From an uncultured Candidatus Woesearchaeota archaeon (lineage in GTDB: Archaea > Nanobdellota > Nanobdellia > UBA10117), in contig CAIPHS010000007.1 in the NCBI GenBank assembly GCA_903864915.1, positions 15,146 to 79,145 of the forward strand: 64,000 bases of DNA. The letters are read 5' to 3'. Below, piece by piece: positions 39,211 to 49,105 of this stretch. Position 1 is the stretch's first letter; the number at the start of each line of letters is the position of its first letter. Below the pieces are notes generated by a model. That model saw only the letters and a program-made list of their open reading frames with translations. It had not been told where the DNA came from and did not search any database. The translations under genes were made by a program, and so were the position numbers.

Positions 39211-39651
39211 TCAGCGCCAAATAAAATACCACGATAAAATAGCCACGGCTATGCAGAAAATATAACCCCAAGGAATTATCTTCTTGTTTCCGATTTTTAG
39301 CCAGGGGTAATAATCTGAAAACTTTGTCCAGAACTCTCTTAATTTAACCACAGGGCTCACGACAAACCAGCCAAAATCTTCTATCACCATTCCCGAGAAA
39401 TATGCGCTCACTAAAATTCCAAATAGTTTTGTATCCCATCCGTAAATTACTAGTGGAAGTATGAGGAGAAGAGGCCACATTACACAAAAAACATAAAAAT
39501 GATACGCAGTTAAAACAAAATTTTTCCCAAGTCTTATTTTCCAGCCAAGCGTTCTTCTGGCCCATGGATTTCTACCTTCGACATATGCTTCCCAAAAAGA
39601 CATTGCGAGCATTGCCGCATAAATTACGCAGAATATTAATAACACATTCAT
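39211..39651 (-). CDS. membrane protein
   Basis: Four TM helices. W/Y-rich. Confidence 0.45.
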   Translation of the reverse strand: MNVLLIFCVIYAAMLAMSFWEAYVEGRNPWARRTLGWKIRLGKNFVLTAYHFYVFCVMWPLLLILPLVIYGWDTKLFGILVSAYFSGMVIEDFGWFVVSPVVKLREFWTKFSDYYPWLKIGNKKIIPWGYIFCIAVAILSWYFIWR

Positions 39652-39684
39652 TGTTTACTCACCACAAGCATTTGGGTTCTTCAA

Positions 39685-40611
39685 TTAGGCTGTAACGTCT
39701 GGCAACTTTTGCTGGCTTGCTGTTGAAATAAGCTCTGAGCCTATGCCCTTGCCTGCCCAGTATGCTGCAGAATTGACTGCCGCACCCGTAGTAGCACCAA
39801 ACAAGCTTTGCTGGCCCATGATAACTATGCGCGAATTTTCTATGCCTGCCAGCTGTTCTGCAAGCTTCTGTGCATCAGAGCCTCCGCCCAGGACATCAAC
39901 CATGCCATAATCCTTAGCCTCTGTGCCCAGCCACACACCGCCGTCTGCTAACTTATCAACGTAATCAACAGAAAGGTTGCGGTTCTGGGCTATTGCGTAC
40001 ACAAACATGTTCTTCAGGATGGTTATCTTCTGTAGTAAATATTGCTTCTCGTTTGGCGTTAACTGCGTGTACGGTGATCCAATATCCTTGTATTGCCCGG
40101 TAACTAGTTGATTGTAGGTTATGCCATATTTCTGCATGAGATTTTCAAAACTCAAGTAAGATGCTGTAACGCCGATGCTTCCGGTTATAGATGCAGGGTC
40201 TGCAACAACCTTGTCTGCAGAAGTTGCAATCCAGAATGCGCCGGATGCTCCGACTTCCCGTATTATAGCAACTGTTGGTTTTTTTGCATTCTTGACAGCT
40301 GATGCGATAGTTTCAGATGCAACAACGCCGCCACCTGGCGAATTGATATCGAAAATGATTGCTTTTACTGTTGTTTCTTTTTCAGCATCCTCTATGAGCT
40401 TGCTGATTGTTTGAGGGTCAGCAGGCCCGCCAATTCCAATCTCACCTTTTATCGGTATGACAGCAATTGCTGGGTTGAATAACTTCTGGTTATTTGCGCT
40501 TACAAGCATCCAGCCAACTATTAAAATTAGGAAAATTACGCTCACGCCAATGACAATTCTCGCAGCAATATTCTTTTTAGGCTGCTCTGTTTTGATTTGT
40601 TTAATGGCCAT
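39685..40611 (-). CDS. sppA: signal peptide peptidase SppA (S49 family)
   Basis: DINSPGGGVVASETIASAV. N-terminal TM anchor. Confidence 0.8.
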   Translation of the reverse strand: MAIKQIKTEQPKKNIAARIVIGVSVIFLILIVGWMLVSANNQKLFNPAIAVIPIKGEIGIGGPADPQTISKLIEDAEKETTVKAIIFDINSPGGGVVASETIASAVKNAKKPTVAIIREVGASGAFWIATSADKVVADPASITGSIGVTASYLSFENLMQKYGITYNQLVTGQYKDIGSPYTQLTPNEKQYLLQKITILKNMFVYAIAQNRNLSVDYVDKLADGGVWLGTEAKDYGMVDVLGGGSDAQKLAEQLAGIENSRIVIMGQQSLFGATTGAAVNSAAYWAGKGIGSELISTASQQKLPDVTA

Positions 40612-40688
40612 AACGCATTATTTTGCCGTTGCATTATAAAGCTTGCCCACTATGAAAGCCTTTTAAATCAAATTTATGGTGCTGAAGT

Positions 40689-42254
40689 ATGAAATTCATC
40701 TCTCAGGAAACAATGCCGCAGGAAGCTATCAGGAAGCTGGCATTATCGCTCCTGAAATTAAACAAGCAGACCAAAGATGAAATTGAAAAAGCAAAATTAA
40801 AATGGGCTGCAAAATACGGGGCAAAAATTCCTCTCAACTCTTCCCTCTTATCTGCCGTAAATGAAAAGGAAAGAGAAAAATTGCGGACTATTCTGAAGAT
40901 AAAGCCAACGAGAACTTTGTCAGGCGTTTCAACGATTGCAATCATGACAAGGCCAATGGGCTGTCCCGGCAAGTGCACCTACTGCCCAACATCAAAAATT
41001 GCTGCAAAATCCTACACAGGATTTGAACCTTCTGCGATGAGGGCCAAGTTAAATGGCTGGGATTCTTACAAGATTGTAAAAAACAGGCTTGCTCAGCTGC
41101 AGGCAGTCGGCCATTCCACAGACAAAAATGAAGTTATTATACAGGGCGGAACATTCACATGGCTGCCTTGGAAATACCAATACAATTTCATCAAGAGGGC
41201 TTTTGACGCTTTTAACAACAAAGATGCAAAAGATTTGGTTGAAGCCCAGAAAATCAATGAAACTGCAGACAATAGAGTTGTATCTCTGATAATTGAAACG
41301 AGGCCAGATTTCTGCAGCGAAAAACACATTCAGCAGTTGCTTCAGCTTGGAGCAACGAGAGTTGAACTCGGATTGCAGTCAGTTTACGATGATGTCCTCC
41401 TTGCGATTAGAAGAGGGCACAGCGTGCAGGAATGCAAGAATGCTATCAAAGAACTGAAAGATGCAGGATTCAAAGTTGACCTGCACATCATGATTGGCCT
41501 TCCAAAATCTACAAAGAAAAAAGATATTCAAATGTTTGAAATTCTTTTTGAAGACGAAGCCTTTAGGCCAGATGGCTTGAAGATATACCCTGTTGCATTG
41601 CTAGAAGGCACAGAATTGTACAAGCAATGGAAACGCGGCGAGTACAAGCCAATAAATGAGAAATACATTATTGATGTTTTGTCTGAAGTGAAGGCAAAAT
41701 ACATCCCACCTTACTGTAGAATCAAAAGAATAATGCGGGATATACCTTCAACAAAGATTGCTGCTGGCTATGACCGGTTAAACCTCCGGGAATTCGTGCA
41801 GCAAAACATTCATGGAAAAGGATTAGCATGCAGATGTATTCGCTGCCGGGAAGTAGGCCAGAAATACAAAATCGAAGGCAAGCTGCCAAAAAAAGTCCAG
41901 TTAAAAACAATAGAATACGAGGCTTCCGGAGGAAAAGAATTCTTCATTTCCTTTGAGGATGCAGAACAGGACATTCTGCTTGGTTTTGCAAGGTTAAGAC
42001 TAACTGGAGAAAAAGCATTCCTCAGGGAACTGCATGTCTATGGCGAGTCTGTTCCAATAGAAAGTGCAGAAACAACAAAAGCAGCAATGCAGCACAAGGG
42101 CCTGGGCAAGAAACTGCTTGCCGAAGCAGAGAAAATAGCAAAAAAGCACAAGTACAAAGAGCTCCTTGTCCTGTCAGGTGCAGGTGTAAAGGAATACTAC
42201 AGACACTTAGGGTATAAAGACAAAGATTTTTATGTGGCTAAAGAACTTAGCTGA
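40689..42254 (+). CDS. elp3: Elp3-family radical SAM / GNAT tRNA U34 carboxymethyl-modification enzyme
   Basis: CPGKCTYCPT radical-SAM cluster motif. C-terminal GNAT. Confidence 0.9.
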   Translation: MKFISQETMPQEAIRKLALSLLKLNKQTKDEIEKAKLKWAAKYGAKIPLNSSLLSAVNEKEREKLRTILKIKPTRTLSGVSTIAIMTRPMGCPGKCTYCPTSKIAAKSYTGFEPSAMRAKLNGWDSYKIVKNRLAQLQAVGHSTDKNEVIIQGGTFTWLPWKYQYNFIKRAFDAFNNKDAKDLVEAQKINETADNRVVSLIIETRPDFCSEKHIQQLLQLGATRVELGLQSVYDDVLLAIRRGHSVQECKNAIKELKDAGFKVDLHIMIGLPKSTKKKDIQMFEILFEDEAFRPDGLKIYPVALLEGTELYKQWKRGEYKPINEKYIIDVLSEVKAKYIPPYCRIKRIMRDIPSTKIAAGYDRLNLREFVQQNIHGKGLACRCIRCREVGQKYKIEGKLPKKVQLKTIEYEASGGKEFFISFEDAEQDILLGFARLRLTGEKAFLRELHVYGESVPIESAETTKAAMQHKGLGKKLLAEAEKIAKKHKYKELLVLSGAGVKEYYRHLGYKDKDFYVAKELS

Positions 42255-42257
42255 TTG

Positions 42258-42734
42258 ATGATTAAAATTGAAAAGCTCAAGCGGGCAGATATAACAAACG
42301 CCTACAAGTTTATTCAAAAAAACCTGATGGATTTTCCACTCTCGCCAAAGCACTCGCGAGTTCACTGGGCTGAGCGTTTTAATCCCAAATATGTTGCTGA
42401 TGATTTGTTTTGGAGCGAGGATTATGCCTGCGTTGTTGCCAAAAGCGACGGCAAAATAGTGGGGCTTGTTAATGGCTATCTTGACAGCGGAATTGTCTGG
42501 TTTAGCTGGCTTCTAATTGATAAGAAATTCCGGCGCAAGGGCCTGGGCTCGCAGCTTACGCTTGCCACGGAGCAGATTTACAAGAAAAAGGGCTACCACA
42601 AGGCTGTTGCCGAAACTCTGCCAAACAACACAAGGTCAAACAAGCTTTTGAAAAAAATAGGCTATGTCATTGAAGCAAAACTAAGGAAACATTACGCCAA
42701 GCAAGACTATTTCCAGTGGGCTAAGTGGCTCTAA
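42258..42734 (+). CDS. GNAT family N-acetyltransferase
   Basis: FRRKGLGSQL acetyl-CoA motif A. An alternative TTG start lies at 42255. Confidence 0.7.
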   Translation: MIKIEKLKRADITNAYKFIQKNLMDFPLSPKHSRVHWAERFNPKYVADDLFWSEDYACVVAKSDGKIVGLVNGYLDSGIVWFSWLLIDKKFRRKGLGSQLTLATEQIYKKKGYHKAVAETLPNNTRSNKLLKKIGYVIEAKLRKHYAKQDYFQWAKWL

Positions 42735-42761
42735 GTTAGACTTTTAAACACACAAATTTTG

Positions 42762-42834
42762 ATGGGCTTATAGCCCCATCGTCCAGCGGTCAAGGATACG
42801 AGGCTTTGGACCTCGGGACATCGGTTCGAATCCG
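42762..42834 (+). tRNA. tRNA-Gln (anticodon TTG)
   Basis: Hand-folded: acceptor AGCCCCA/TGGGGCT, D-arm GTCC-AGCGGTCAA-GGAT, anticodon arm CGAGG-CTTTGGA-CCTCG, T-arm ATCGG-TTCGAAT-CCGGT, discriminator A. No encoded CCA. Confidence 0.8.
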
Positions 42835-42844
42835 GTTGGGGCTA

Positions 42845-43531
42845 TTATTTACAAAAGCATACTTTTTGGTAAAGAGGCTCTTCTGCAATTAAGCCCATCA
42901 CCCTTATCCAATCTTCACATATCGCTTTGTAAGCTTCAGCGACCCTCTTATCAACTTTCAAATACGCTGAGTAAATCCTATGGCCTTTTTCCAAAGCCTT
43001 TTCACAATTTGGCTTACATGGCGTGAAGCCCCAAGTAAAATACACCAGCGGGTCTATCTTTCTTCCCGTTTCACGATACAATTTAACATGATCTGTGCCA
43101 CGAACGTCAAAATCGATGCCAGCAAGTGAGTCTTCTGTTGCCGACTTGGCACAGCAAACAGGATAGTCAAGCACTCTAGGGAGCTCCATCATGCCCTGCA
43201 AATCTATGTCAATGTTCTTGATTTTTTCAATTAACGGTTTATTGCTTTTCTCTGTTATAAAATACCAATCAATCTCCGGCCTTCTAAGGTCTTCATTCAT
43301 TGCAGTCCACGGTATCAAAACAAGACCAATTTCTCCAGCAATGCTCTTTTCTTCATTTGATAAACCACAAACATTCTTGCTAAACTCATCAAGCCTGTAT
43401 AAAGCAGCTGGCCTTAATTTTAGTGCAACGGGGAAATAAGCAGTAAGAAGCACATTCATAGTATTATTTGCGTTGTTTTCCCTGCACTCTGTCTCTTTTA
43501 TTATTTTAATAATAAGTTTTGATTCTAGCAT
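42845..43531 (-). CDS. hypothetical Cys-containing protein
   Basis: Intact 228-aa ORF. Confidence 0.45.
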   Translation of the reverse strand: MLESKLIIKIIKETECRENNANNTMNVLLTAYFPVALKLRPAALYRLDEFSKNVCGLSNEEKSIAGEIGLVLIPWTAMNEDLRRPEIDWYFITEKSNKPLIEKIKNIDIDLQGMMELPRVLDYPVCCAKSATEDSLAGIDFDVRGTDHVKLYRETGRKIDPLVYFTWGFTPCKPNCEKALEKGHRIYSAYLKVDKRVAEAYKAICEDWIRVMGLIAEEPLYQKVCFCK

Positions 43532-43561
43532 AAATTAAATCCAAAAAGAAGTCTTAAAAGT

Positions 43562-44092
43562 CTACTTCTTGGCCAGCTTTGCTTCTTCCTTTACCAGCTC
43601 TTTTTCCATCTCTTCAATCTCAGCCCTTAATTTCTTCGCAGTCACAGTTGCCTTCGCTTCTACCAGCGAAGATCCGCAGGTTGGGCACGTGAATTGGGTT
43701 TCAAGAGCATCCTCGTACGAGTATTTGGCATTGCAGGCCTTGCACTCGAAGGCGTAGCGCATCTCTGCCTCTAGTTCCTGCTTCTTCCTCTCTACCTGCT
43801 TGCGCCGGTATTCCAGGAATAGTTCCTGTATCCTTCCCCTGTCAAGGCTCCAGTTGTAAATATACCACCATTTCTTCTTGGGATCTGCTTTCTTCTCATA
43901 TGTGGCTAGCCTCTTCTCATACAATTTGTACAATAATTTCCTGGTGTCATTAATTTTGAATTTCAAAGCCTTGGCAATGCTTTCTTCCATTGCGCTTTTC
44001 TTCTTCTGTAAAATTGTAAGAATCTTTAGTGTTGGCTCATCGAGCTCGAGGCCAATTTCCCCCAGCATTACTTCAAGTTTCGTGGCTGCCAT
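43562..44092 (-). CDS. tfe: transcription factor E (TFIIE alpha homolog)
   Basis: N-terminal winged helix. Zn ribbon CKACN...CPTCG. Confidence 0.8.
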   Translation of the reverse strand: MAATKLEVMLGEIGLELDEPTLKILTILQKKKSAMEESIAKALKFKINDTRKLLYKLYEKRLATYEKKADPKKKWWYIYNWSLDRGRIQELFLEYRRKQVERKKQELEAEMRYAFECKACNAKYSYEDALETQFTCPTCGSSLVEAKATVTAKKLRAEIEEMEKELVKEEAKLAKK

Positions 44093-45268
44093 CTAGAATG
44101 CCATCCTTATGTATGGTCCTATCAAATTTGCCAGTAACAGCAACAGTGATAGGGCTGAGATTATTCCAAAGACCTTTTTAGCCCTTTTCCTGTTTTTAAT
44201 AGCCTGTTCCAGGCCGATTTTAGCCATCCTTCCACCATCAATAGGGCCCAAAGGAAGCACATTCATCAAACCTATTCCAAGGTTTAGCGTGAAAATCCAG
44301 TAAAGAAGCGTCAGGAAGTACCACGTGCACCAAGGCAGGTTGCCATATTTCGCTTTTACTTCTGGCTTGATTTGCATATCCTGCTTTACATTGACACCCA
44401 TATACGCCAAAGAAGCATTCTTCGGATTCGCTATTGTTGTCACAGGATAAATCGTGCTATTCGCCTTTATGTTAACCACGTTGCCTGGCGTAATCGTCTG
44501 CATGTATTTCAGAAAACTTGTTGAGTCATTTATGTTTTGATTATCAATCGCAGTTATAGTGATATCTTTTGACAAGCCAGCAAGCTCTGCAGGCTGGCCT
44601 TTTGTCACGGAATCTATGGTCAGGCCCGATGGTACTATCACCGCACCGACAATAGGGGTTATCAGGAATACTGCAAGTGCCAGAGTAATCGCTGCAGAAA
44701 CGAAATTTGACATTGCTCCTGCACCGAAAATTGCCATCTGGGTCTTCCAGTTCTGCTTTTTCAGTTGCTTCTCATCCGGCTCAACAAAAGCCAGAGGCAA
44801 TAACAGCAGAAGACCAACTCCTGAAGATTTGACTTTGTTCTTGAAAGCTTCAGATACTATTCCGTGCGCACCCTCGTGCACAACTATGACAAAAAAGAGA
44901 GCGATGATCCCATACCAGAACGGAACAAAGATTGAGGAACCGGGCACATGTACACCAGGCAATACTAAAGAAATCGTTGCAACTTCAGGCCTAACAAGAA
45001 TCAGCTTGATTAAAGCATAAGTAAGATAGCTAAAAATGAAAACCATGGCGCCAAAGCCAACTGGAATAGAAGCGTAACCAAACCACTTCCAGAAACGCGG
45101 AGTTTTGTTGGCGATGCGCTTCATCCAACTATTGAACCTCTTGGTTTTGTACAAAAAGAATATCTTGCTTTGAACCTCAACCCTTTTCCTTCTGATGAAA
45201 AGAAACAATGCAATAAGGCTGTAAAACACTACTATTGAGATTAGATTCCAATCTAAGTTCATAGACAT
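44093..45268 (-). CDS. site-2 protease (M50) with PDZ domain
   Basis: HEGAHGIVSEA (HExxH). PDZ segment. LNVLPLGPIDGG (LDG). Confidence 0.8.
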   Translation of the reverse strand: MSMNLDWNLISIVVFYSLIALFLFIRRKRVEVQSKIFFLYKTKRFNSWMKRIANKTPRFWKWFGYASIPVGFGAMVFIFSYLTYALIKLILVRPEVATISLVLPGVHVPGSSIFVPFWYGIIALFFVIVVHEGAHGIVSEAFKNKVKSSGVGLLLLLPLAFVEPDEKQLKKQNWKTQMAIFGAGAMSNFVSAAITLALAVFLITPIVGAVIVPSGLTIDSVTKGQPAELAGLSKDITITAIDNQNINDSTSFLKYMQTITPGNVVNIKANSTIYPVTTIANPKNASLAYMGVNVKQDMQIKPEVKAKYGNLPWCTWYFLTLLYWIFTLNLGIGLMNVLPLGPIDGGRMAKIGLEQAIKNRKRAKKVFGIISALSLLLLLANLIGPYIRMAF

Positions 45269-45269
45269 C

Positions 45270-45467
45270 CTAGTCCTTCTTGTATCGAGCCACGATGTCT
45301 ATTAAGTCTATGTGACCCAAAAACAGTGCTCGGCAGCAGTATCTCTTAATACCTAATTTGTCAAGCACTTCTTTTGCAGGCTCTCCTTTAGCAACTCTTT
45401 CCTTAAATTGCTCCCACAAATGCGCTACTGGTTTTCCGCAACTAAAACAACGAATCGGAATTATCAT
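45270..45467 (-). CDS. rpoN: DNA-directed RNA polymerase subunit N (Rpo10)
   Basis: MIIPIRCFSCGKPV...YCCRALFLGH zinc motif. 65 aa. Confidence 0.85.
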   Translation of the reverse strand: MIIPIRCFSCGKPVAHLWEQFKERVAKGEPAKEVLDKLGIKRYCCRALFLGHIDLIDIVARYKKD

Positions 45468-45509
45468 AATATTGTTGGTAAATTGCTGGCTTTTAAAAGC
45501 TTTGGTTTT

Positions 45510-45526
45510 AGGGGCTTTATAAAGCC
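45510..45526. promoter_or_regulatory. fully palindromic TATA element GGGGCTTTATAAAGCCC between divergent rpoN and cassette gene 1
   Basis: 16-nt perfect palindrome containing TTTATAAA. About 45 nt upstream of rpoN and about 105 nt upstream of the 45629 start. Confidence 0.4.
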
Positions 45527-45628
45527 CTTTTTAAGAGCCAAACCACCGAAACCCTTTTAAACACAATATAGCAATTAATGTATAACTAATACATACAATA
45601 TAGACAACACATCCATATTGAAACTAAA

Positions 45629-45934
45629 ATGGCAAACCCAAAAGACGCTGTAAAAGAAACGCTAAGTGCATTCTTAGCTGGTGCTATGCCTGCCCCACAG
45701 GCTGTTGCAACCATAGACAAAATGATTGGCGGGATTACAGGATTTATCTACAAAGATGGTCTTAAGTTCACTATTCAGAACCTAATGCAGCGTTTTTCTT
45801 GCCCACTCCCTCAAAGCAAATACGAACAGAAACTCTTTGTCGAAGAGCTAGTCCCTGAACTGCAAAGCTACTGCAACGGCATGGGACAGGCCCACATCTC
45901 AAAGTACCAATCAACAAAGCATCATTGCGCTTAG
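45629..45934 (+). CDS. cassette gene 1, hypothetical protein
   Basis: CTAAAATG start context. 101 aa. Confidence 0.45.
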   Translation: MANPKDAVKETLSAFLAGAMPAPQAVATIDKMIGGITGFIYKDGLKFTIQNLMQRFSCPLPQSKYEQKLFVEELVPELQSYCNGMGQAHISKYQSTKHHCA

Positions 45935-45942
45935 GAGAAAAA

Positions 45943-46350
45943 ATGGCAACCTCACAACTTCGAACACTGGAAAATTTGAAAACGCAGGTAGAACGTCCTA
46001 TAAACAGCCCGACTACGGAAGAGACAAAGTATTCTAGCAAGCAGCCTTTTGATCCTGTAAGCGCTGCTGCTTCATTCCACCGCGCTTTGCCTGAAGGTAA
46101 ATATAAAGATGCTACTTACTGCATACTAAAGACCCTTGCCAAAGGCGAGTATGATCTAGAATCTGTCGCAGGTAACTTAATGACGGATTTAGATTCAGCA
46201 GATCCTGGCAAATCTAGACCTGCACTCAACACCTTGCAGCACATTCTATCTTTGTACGATGTGAGCATACCCCCAACCGACCCGGATGGTCCGGTCATTG
46301 AGAAAATGCGTGAGGCTGTAGACATATACCAAATGATAAACGGAGACTAA
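45943..46350 (+). CDS. cassette gene 2, hypothetical protein
   Basis: AGGAG SD then ATG 45943. The ORF-track start 45925 is the alternative. Confidence 0.45.
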   Translation: MATSQLRTLENLKTQVERPINSPTTEETKYSSKQPFDPVSAAASFHRALPEGKYKDATYCILKTLAKGEYDLESVAGNLMTDLDSADPGKSRPALNTLQHILSLYDVSIPPTDPDGPVIEKMREAVDIYQMINGD

Positions 46351-46351
46351 A

Positions 46352-46891
46352 ATGTTAACTATCAAAAAAATCCAGCCAAGGAAAGCAAATAAAGGTGTTT
46401 TGCTAGATGCAAATGTCTTCATCGATGCTGAGCAAGATAAACCTTTAGCCATACAAATATTAAAAGCTGCAGAAGACAATTACTTTTCAGAAAATCCAAA
46501 ATTCGCATTTTACACAACAAATCAAGCCATACAAGAGCTTTATAGGCTAGAACCAAAAATCGAAAGCTTTGGAATTTTTATAACTCCAATAAATATTACT
46601 AATACCGATGCTGTTATTGATAGTATACGTAATGGCGCCAGCTCTACAGATAAGGGCTTGCTTCAAGCCTTAGCAACAAACAAAGACGTTGATACTTTAG
46701 TAACTGAGGATAGACATCTATGGAATCCAGATATTCTAAATTTTGTTAGAACTCATTATCAAAAACCAGTCCAAATTTTTAATCAAAACCGTTTTGTAGA
46801 AAAGTTTCTGCAACCCCAAGAAGTGAATCATCAGGGTTTTGAAAAGATTGAGGCCTATTTGCAGGCCAAAGGCAAATTTGTAGGAGGTTAA
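46352..46891 (+). CDS. cassette gene 3, PIN-domain-like protein
   Basis: VLLDANVFIDAE N-terminal acidic motif. LVTEDRHL. Junction CGGAGACTAAAATG. Confidence 0.45.
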   Translation: MLTIKKIQPRKANKGVLLDANVFIDAEQDKPLAIQILKAAEDNYFSENPKFAFYTTNQAIQELYRLEPKIESFGIFITPINITNTDAVIDSIRNGASSTDKGLLQALATNKDVDTLVTEDRHLWNPDILNFVRTHYQKPVQIFNQNRFVEKFLQPQEVNHQGFEKIEAYLQAKGKFVGG

Positions 46892-46892
46892 A

Positions 46893-47219
46893 ATGACAAC
46901 TGAAATGAAAACTGAAAATAAACAATGGGATGAAACGAGGGACCTTGTCGACAAGGTAACTCGAAATATAAAAGACGGCAAGAAAGACGAAGCCAAAACT
47001 TTGATTGGCGATTTTGCGAAATCTGGCAGTCTTGGCTATTTTACGGCGCACTTATTGAAGCGCGTTGGGGAACATAGATCTGCTGCTGTAAAAGGATTCG
47101 AAGCTGGCACGCCGCGCGACATAGCAAGAGAGATGTACGAAATGCTAGCACAAGAATTAGAACAGGCTGGCAGAACAGAAGACGCCCAGATTTATCGCAA
47201 CGGTTCAACTTACTTGTGA
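46893..47219 (+). CDS. cassette gene 4, hypothetical protein
   Basis: Junction AGGAGGTTAAAATG. Confidence 0.45.
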   Translation: MTTEMKTENKQWDETRDLVDKVTRNIKDGKKDEAKTLIGDFAKSGSLGYFTAHLLKRVGEHRSAAVKGFEAGTPRDIAREMYEMLAQELEQAGRTEDAQIYRNGSTYL

Positions 47220-47226
47220 GTTTGCA

Positions 47227-47568
47227 ATGACTGATTGGAGAGATATCGGGCACGAGTGCATGAAGCACAACGACTACCAGCACGCCATCATAGCCTATGC
47301 GAAAGCTGGTGAAACTAAACTACTCTACAATCTTGGAGATTATCTCATAAAAGAGAGTAATATTGATTTAGCTAAGGTTGCTTATCACTCTGCTCTAAAG
47401 TCAGAACCAGACGAAGTTCTTGAAAAAAAGTTAGAGTTGCTGTTGGATGAGGATGACAAGGTCAAAAACAACGGCCGCGACCCAATAACTCTCACACGCC
47501 TTGACACTTCGATAAATGTTATTCTCAAAATTCTTGACGAGCGCGATGGAATAAAGGAGGCCAGCTAA
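47227..47568 (+). CDS. cassette gene 5, TPR-like helical repeat protein
   Basis: HAIIAYAKAGETKLLYNLGDYLIKESNIDLAKVAYHSAL is TPR-like. Confidence 0.4.
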   Translation: MTDWRDIGHECMKHNDYQHAIIAYAKAGETKLLYNLGDYLIKESNIDLAKVAYHSALKSEPDEVLEKKLELLLDEDDKVKNNGRDPITLTRLDTSINVILKILDERDGIKEAS

Positions 47569-47569
47569 A

Positions 47570-48145
47570 ATGGTACTCGAAGATTTAATGCCTGTCTCTC
47601 GTGATGCTGAAAAATTAGCTCTGGCCAAGCAAGTGCAATCTCAAATAGATAGTATGTCTTATATCCCACATATTCTTAACCCAAAAGCAAAAGATACGAT
47701 GTATCGGTATCTAAGAAACGCTTTAGAAATTAAAAATGACCTGAGAGATGGAAAAAAGTACTCTAACTGTCTTGAAGGTGCTATTTATGCGGCATACCGC
47801 ATGTGGACTGAAGAGGGCATACAGCCAAGACTGTTAGTAATATACAACGATTTGGACCTTAAAGAATCTGCACATGCAGTTTGCATTTTTGAATGCGGTG
47901 GAAAATTTTACAGCGTTGGCCAGTCAAGACATCCAGAATTAAAGGGTAAATTAAAACCGTATGATTCTGTTGAAGAACTAGCTGATGTTTACAAGCAAGA
48001 ATTAACACTAAAAGGTTATCACCCTGTTGGGCACACCATCCGCAATCTCGATGTTAGCAAAAAAGAGATTGGACAGAAAGATACTGAATGCTGGCTAACC
48101 GGCAATGCAGAGAACCTGGTAACTGAAATATTGGAGGCCAGCTAA
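47570..48145 (+). CDS. cassette gene 6, putative papain/transglutaminase-like cysteine peptidase
   Basis: SNCLEGAIYAAYRMW (Cys) ... SAHAVCIFECGGKFY (His). Junction GGAGGCCAGCTAAAATG on both sides. Confidence 0.35.
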   Translation: MVLEDLMPVSRDAEKLALAKQVQSQIDSMSYIPHILNPKAKDTMYRYLRNALEIKNDLRDGKKYSNCLEGAIYAAYRMWTEEGIQPRLLVIYNDLDLKESAHAVCIFECGGKFYSVGQSRHPELKGKLKPYDSVEELADVYKQELTLKGYHPVGHTIRNLDVSKKEIGQKDTECWLTGNAENLVTEILEAS

Positions 48146-48146
48146 A

Positions 48147-48875
48147 ATGACAGTCAGCGGCCTTGAAGACAAGATAAATACTGCTAAGGATTTCCTTGTC
48201 AAGCTCGGCAAAGTCAGGAACCGTAAGTCTCTGACAGACCTAATTAATGATTATTTCAGCAACAGCACTTCGCAAAAAGCCATGCAGTCTGACATCCCTT
48301 ATGCAATTGCAAGGGTGATTGAAGCTTATGCAGATCTTAAGCCCGAAGAAAGAACAGTAAAACTAATAGTCATAGATGACCTAAACAAGCTTTACCTTGA
48401 TGTTATAAAGACAAAAAAATTCCTAGGAGTCAGCGCAGAAGATGTTGCCACGCAGGCAAGTGACGCCTACATTGTTTCGCGCAAGGAAGCCTTAACAGCC
48501 CTTGCAACTGAGGACTTGATGAGAGGCAATGCCCTTTCTGCAATAGAAAAATTCTGTGATGCTTACAAATCATCTAACCCTAAGCGCGAACAGTCAGCAA
48601 ATGACCTGAAAGCCGCTGTAATAGACTTCGAGAAAGACGGAGAAATAGGGATATTTATAAAAAAATACTGCCTTGCGGGCGGTAATGTTATCGATTATTT
48701 CAGCCAGGAGAAAAACAAGGAAATTCTCCAAAAGCTGCGCAAAGAAAGCGGCGATAATGTTGTTGAGGCTTGCCTGCACGACAATCAATTGGTGAATGGC
48801 AAAGCAACGCAATACTGGACAATCCAGCATGGGCTGGCCGACCAGCTTTACGAGCATCTGGAGGCTGCAAAATGA
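48147..48875 (+). CDS. cassette gene 7, hypothetical protein
   Basis: 242 aa. Junction CTGGAGGCTGCAAAATGA. Confidence 0.45.
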   Translation: MTVSGLEDKINTAKDFLVKLGKVRNRKSLTDLINDYFSNSTSQKAMQSDIPYAIARVIEAYADLKPEERTVKLIVIDDLNKLYLDVIKTKKFLGVSAEDVATQASDAYIVSRKEALTALATEDLMRGNALSAIEKFCDAYKSSNPKREQSANDLKAAVIDFEKDGEIGIFIKKYCLAGGNVIDYFSQEKNKEILQKLRKESGDNVVEACLHDNQLVNGKATQYWTIQHGLADQLYEHLEAAK

Positions 48876-49105
48876 TGTCTTCCGAAGATGATTGCAAGGA
48901 AAGTTTTGTAATGCCTTCAAAGAAAGAAGGCATCAGCGTATGTGCCAACAGAGCGATGTGCATATACCAAAGCAAGGACTATGCCGATGCTGAAAAGCCG
49001 CTGGAAGTCAAATACTGGAATGGCCCGATATCATACTCTTCATTGCCAATCTGCAAGATCTACAGCCCAGCCATCCAAAATAGCAACGGGAACGGTGCAA
49101 AATGA
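48872..49105 (+). CDS. cassette gene 8, small Cys-containing protein (77 aa)
   Basis: ATG 48872 overlaps the upstream stop. 4 Cys. The ORF track shows an N-terminally extended version (48770). Confidence 0.4.
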   Translation: MMSSEDDCKESFVMPSKKEGISVCANRAMCIYQSKDYADAEKPLEVKYWNGPISYSSLPICKIYSPAIQNSNGNGAK

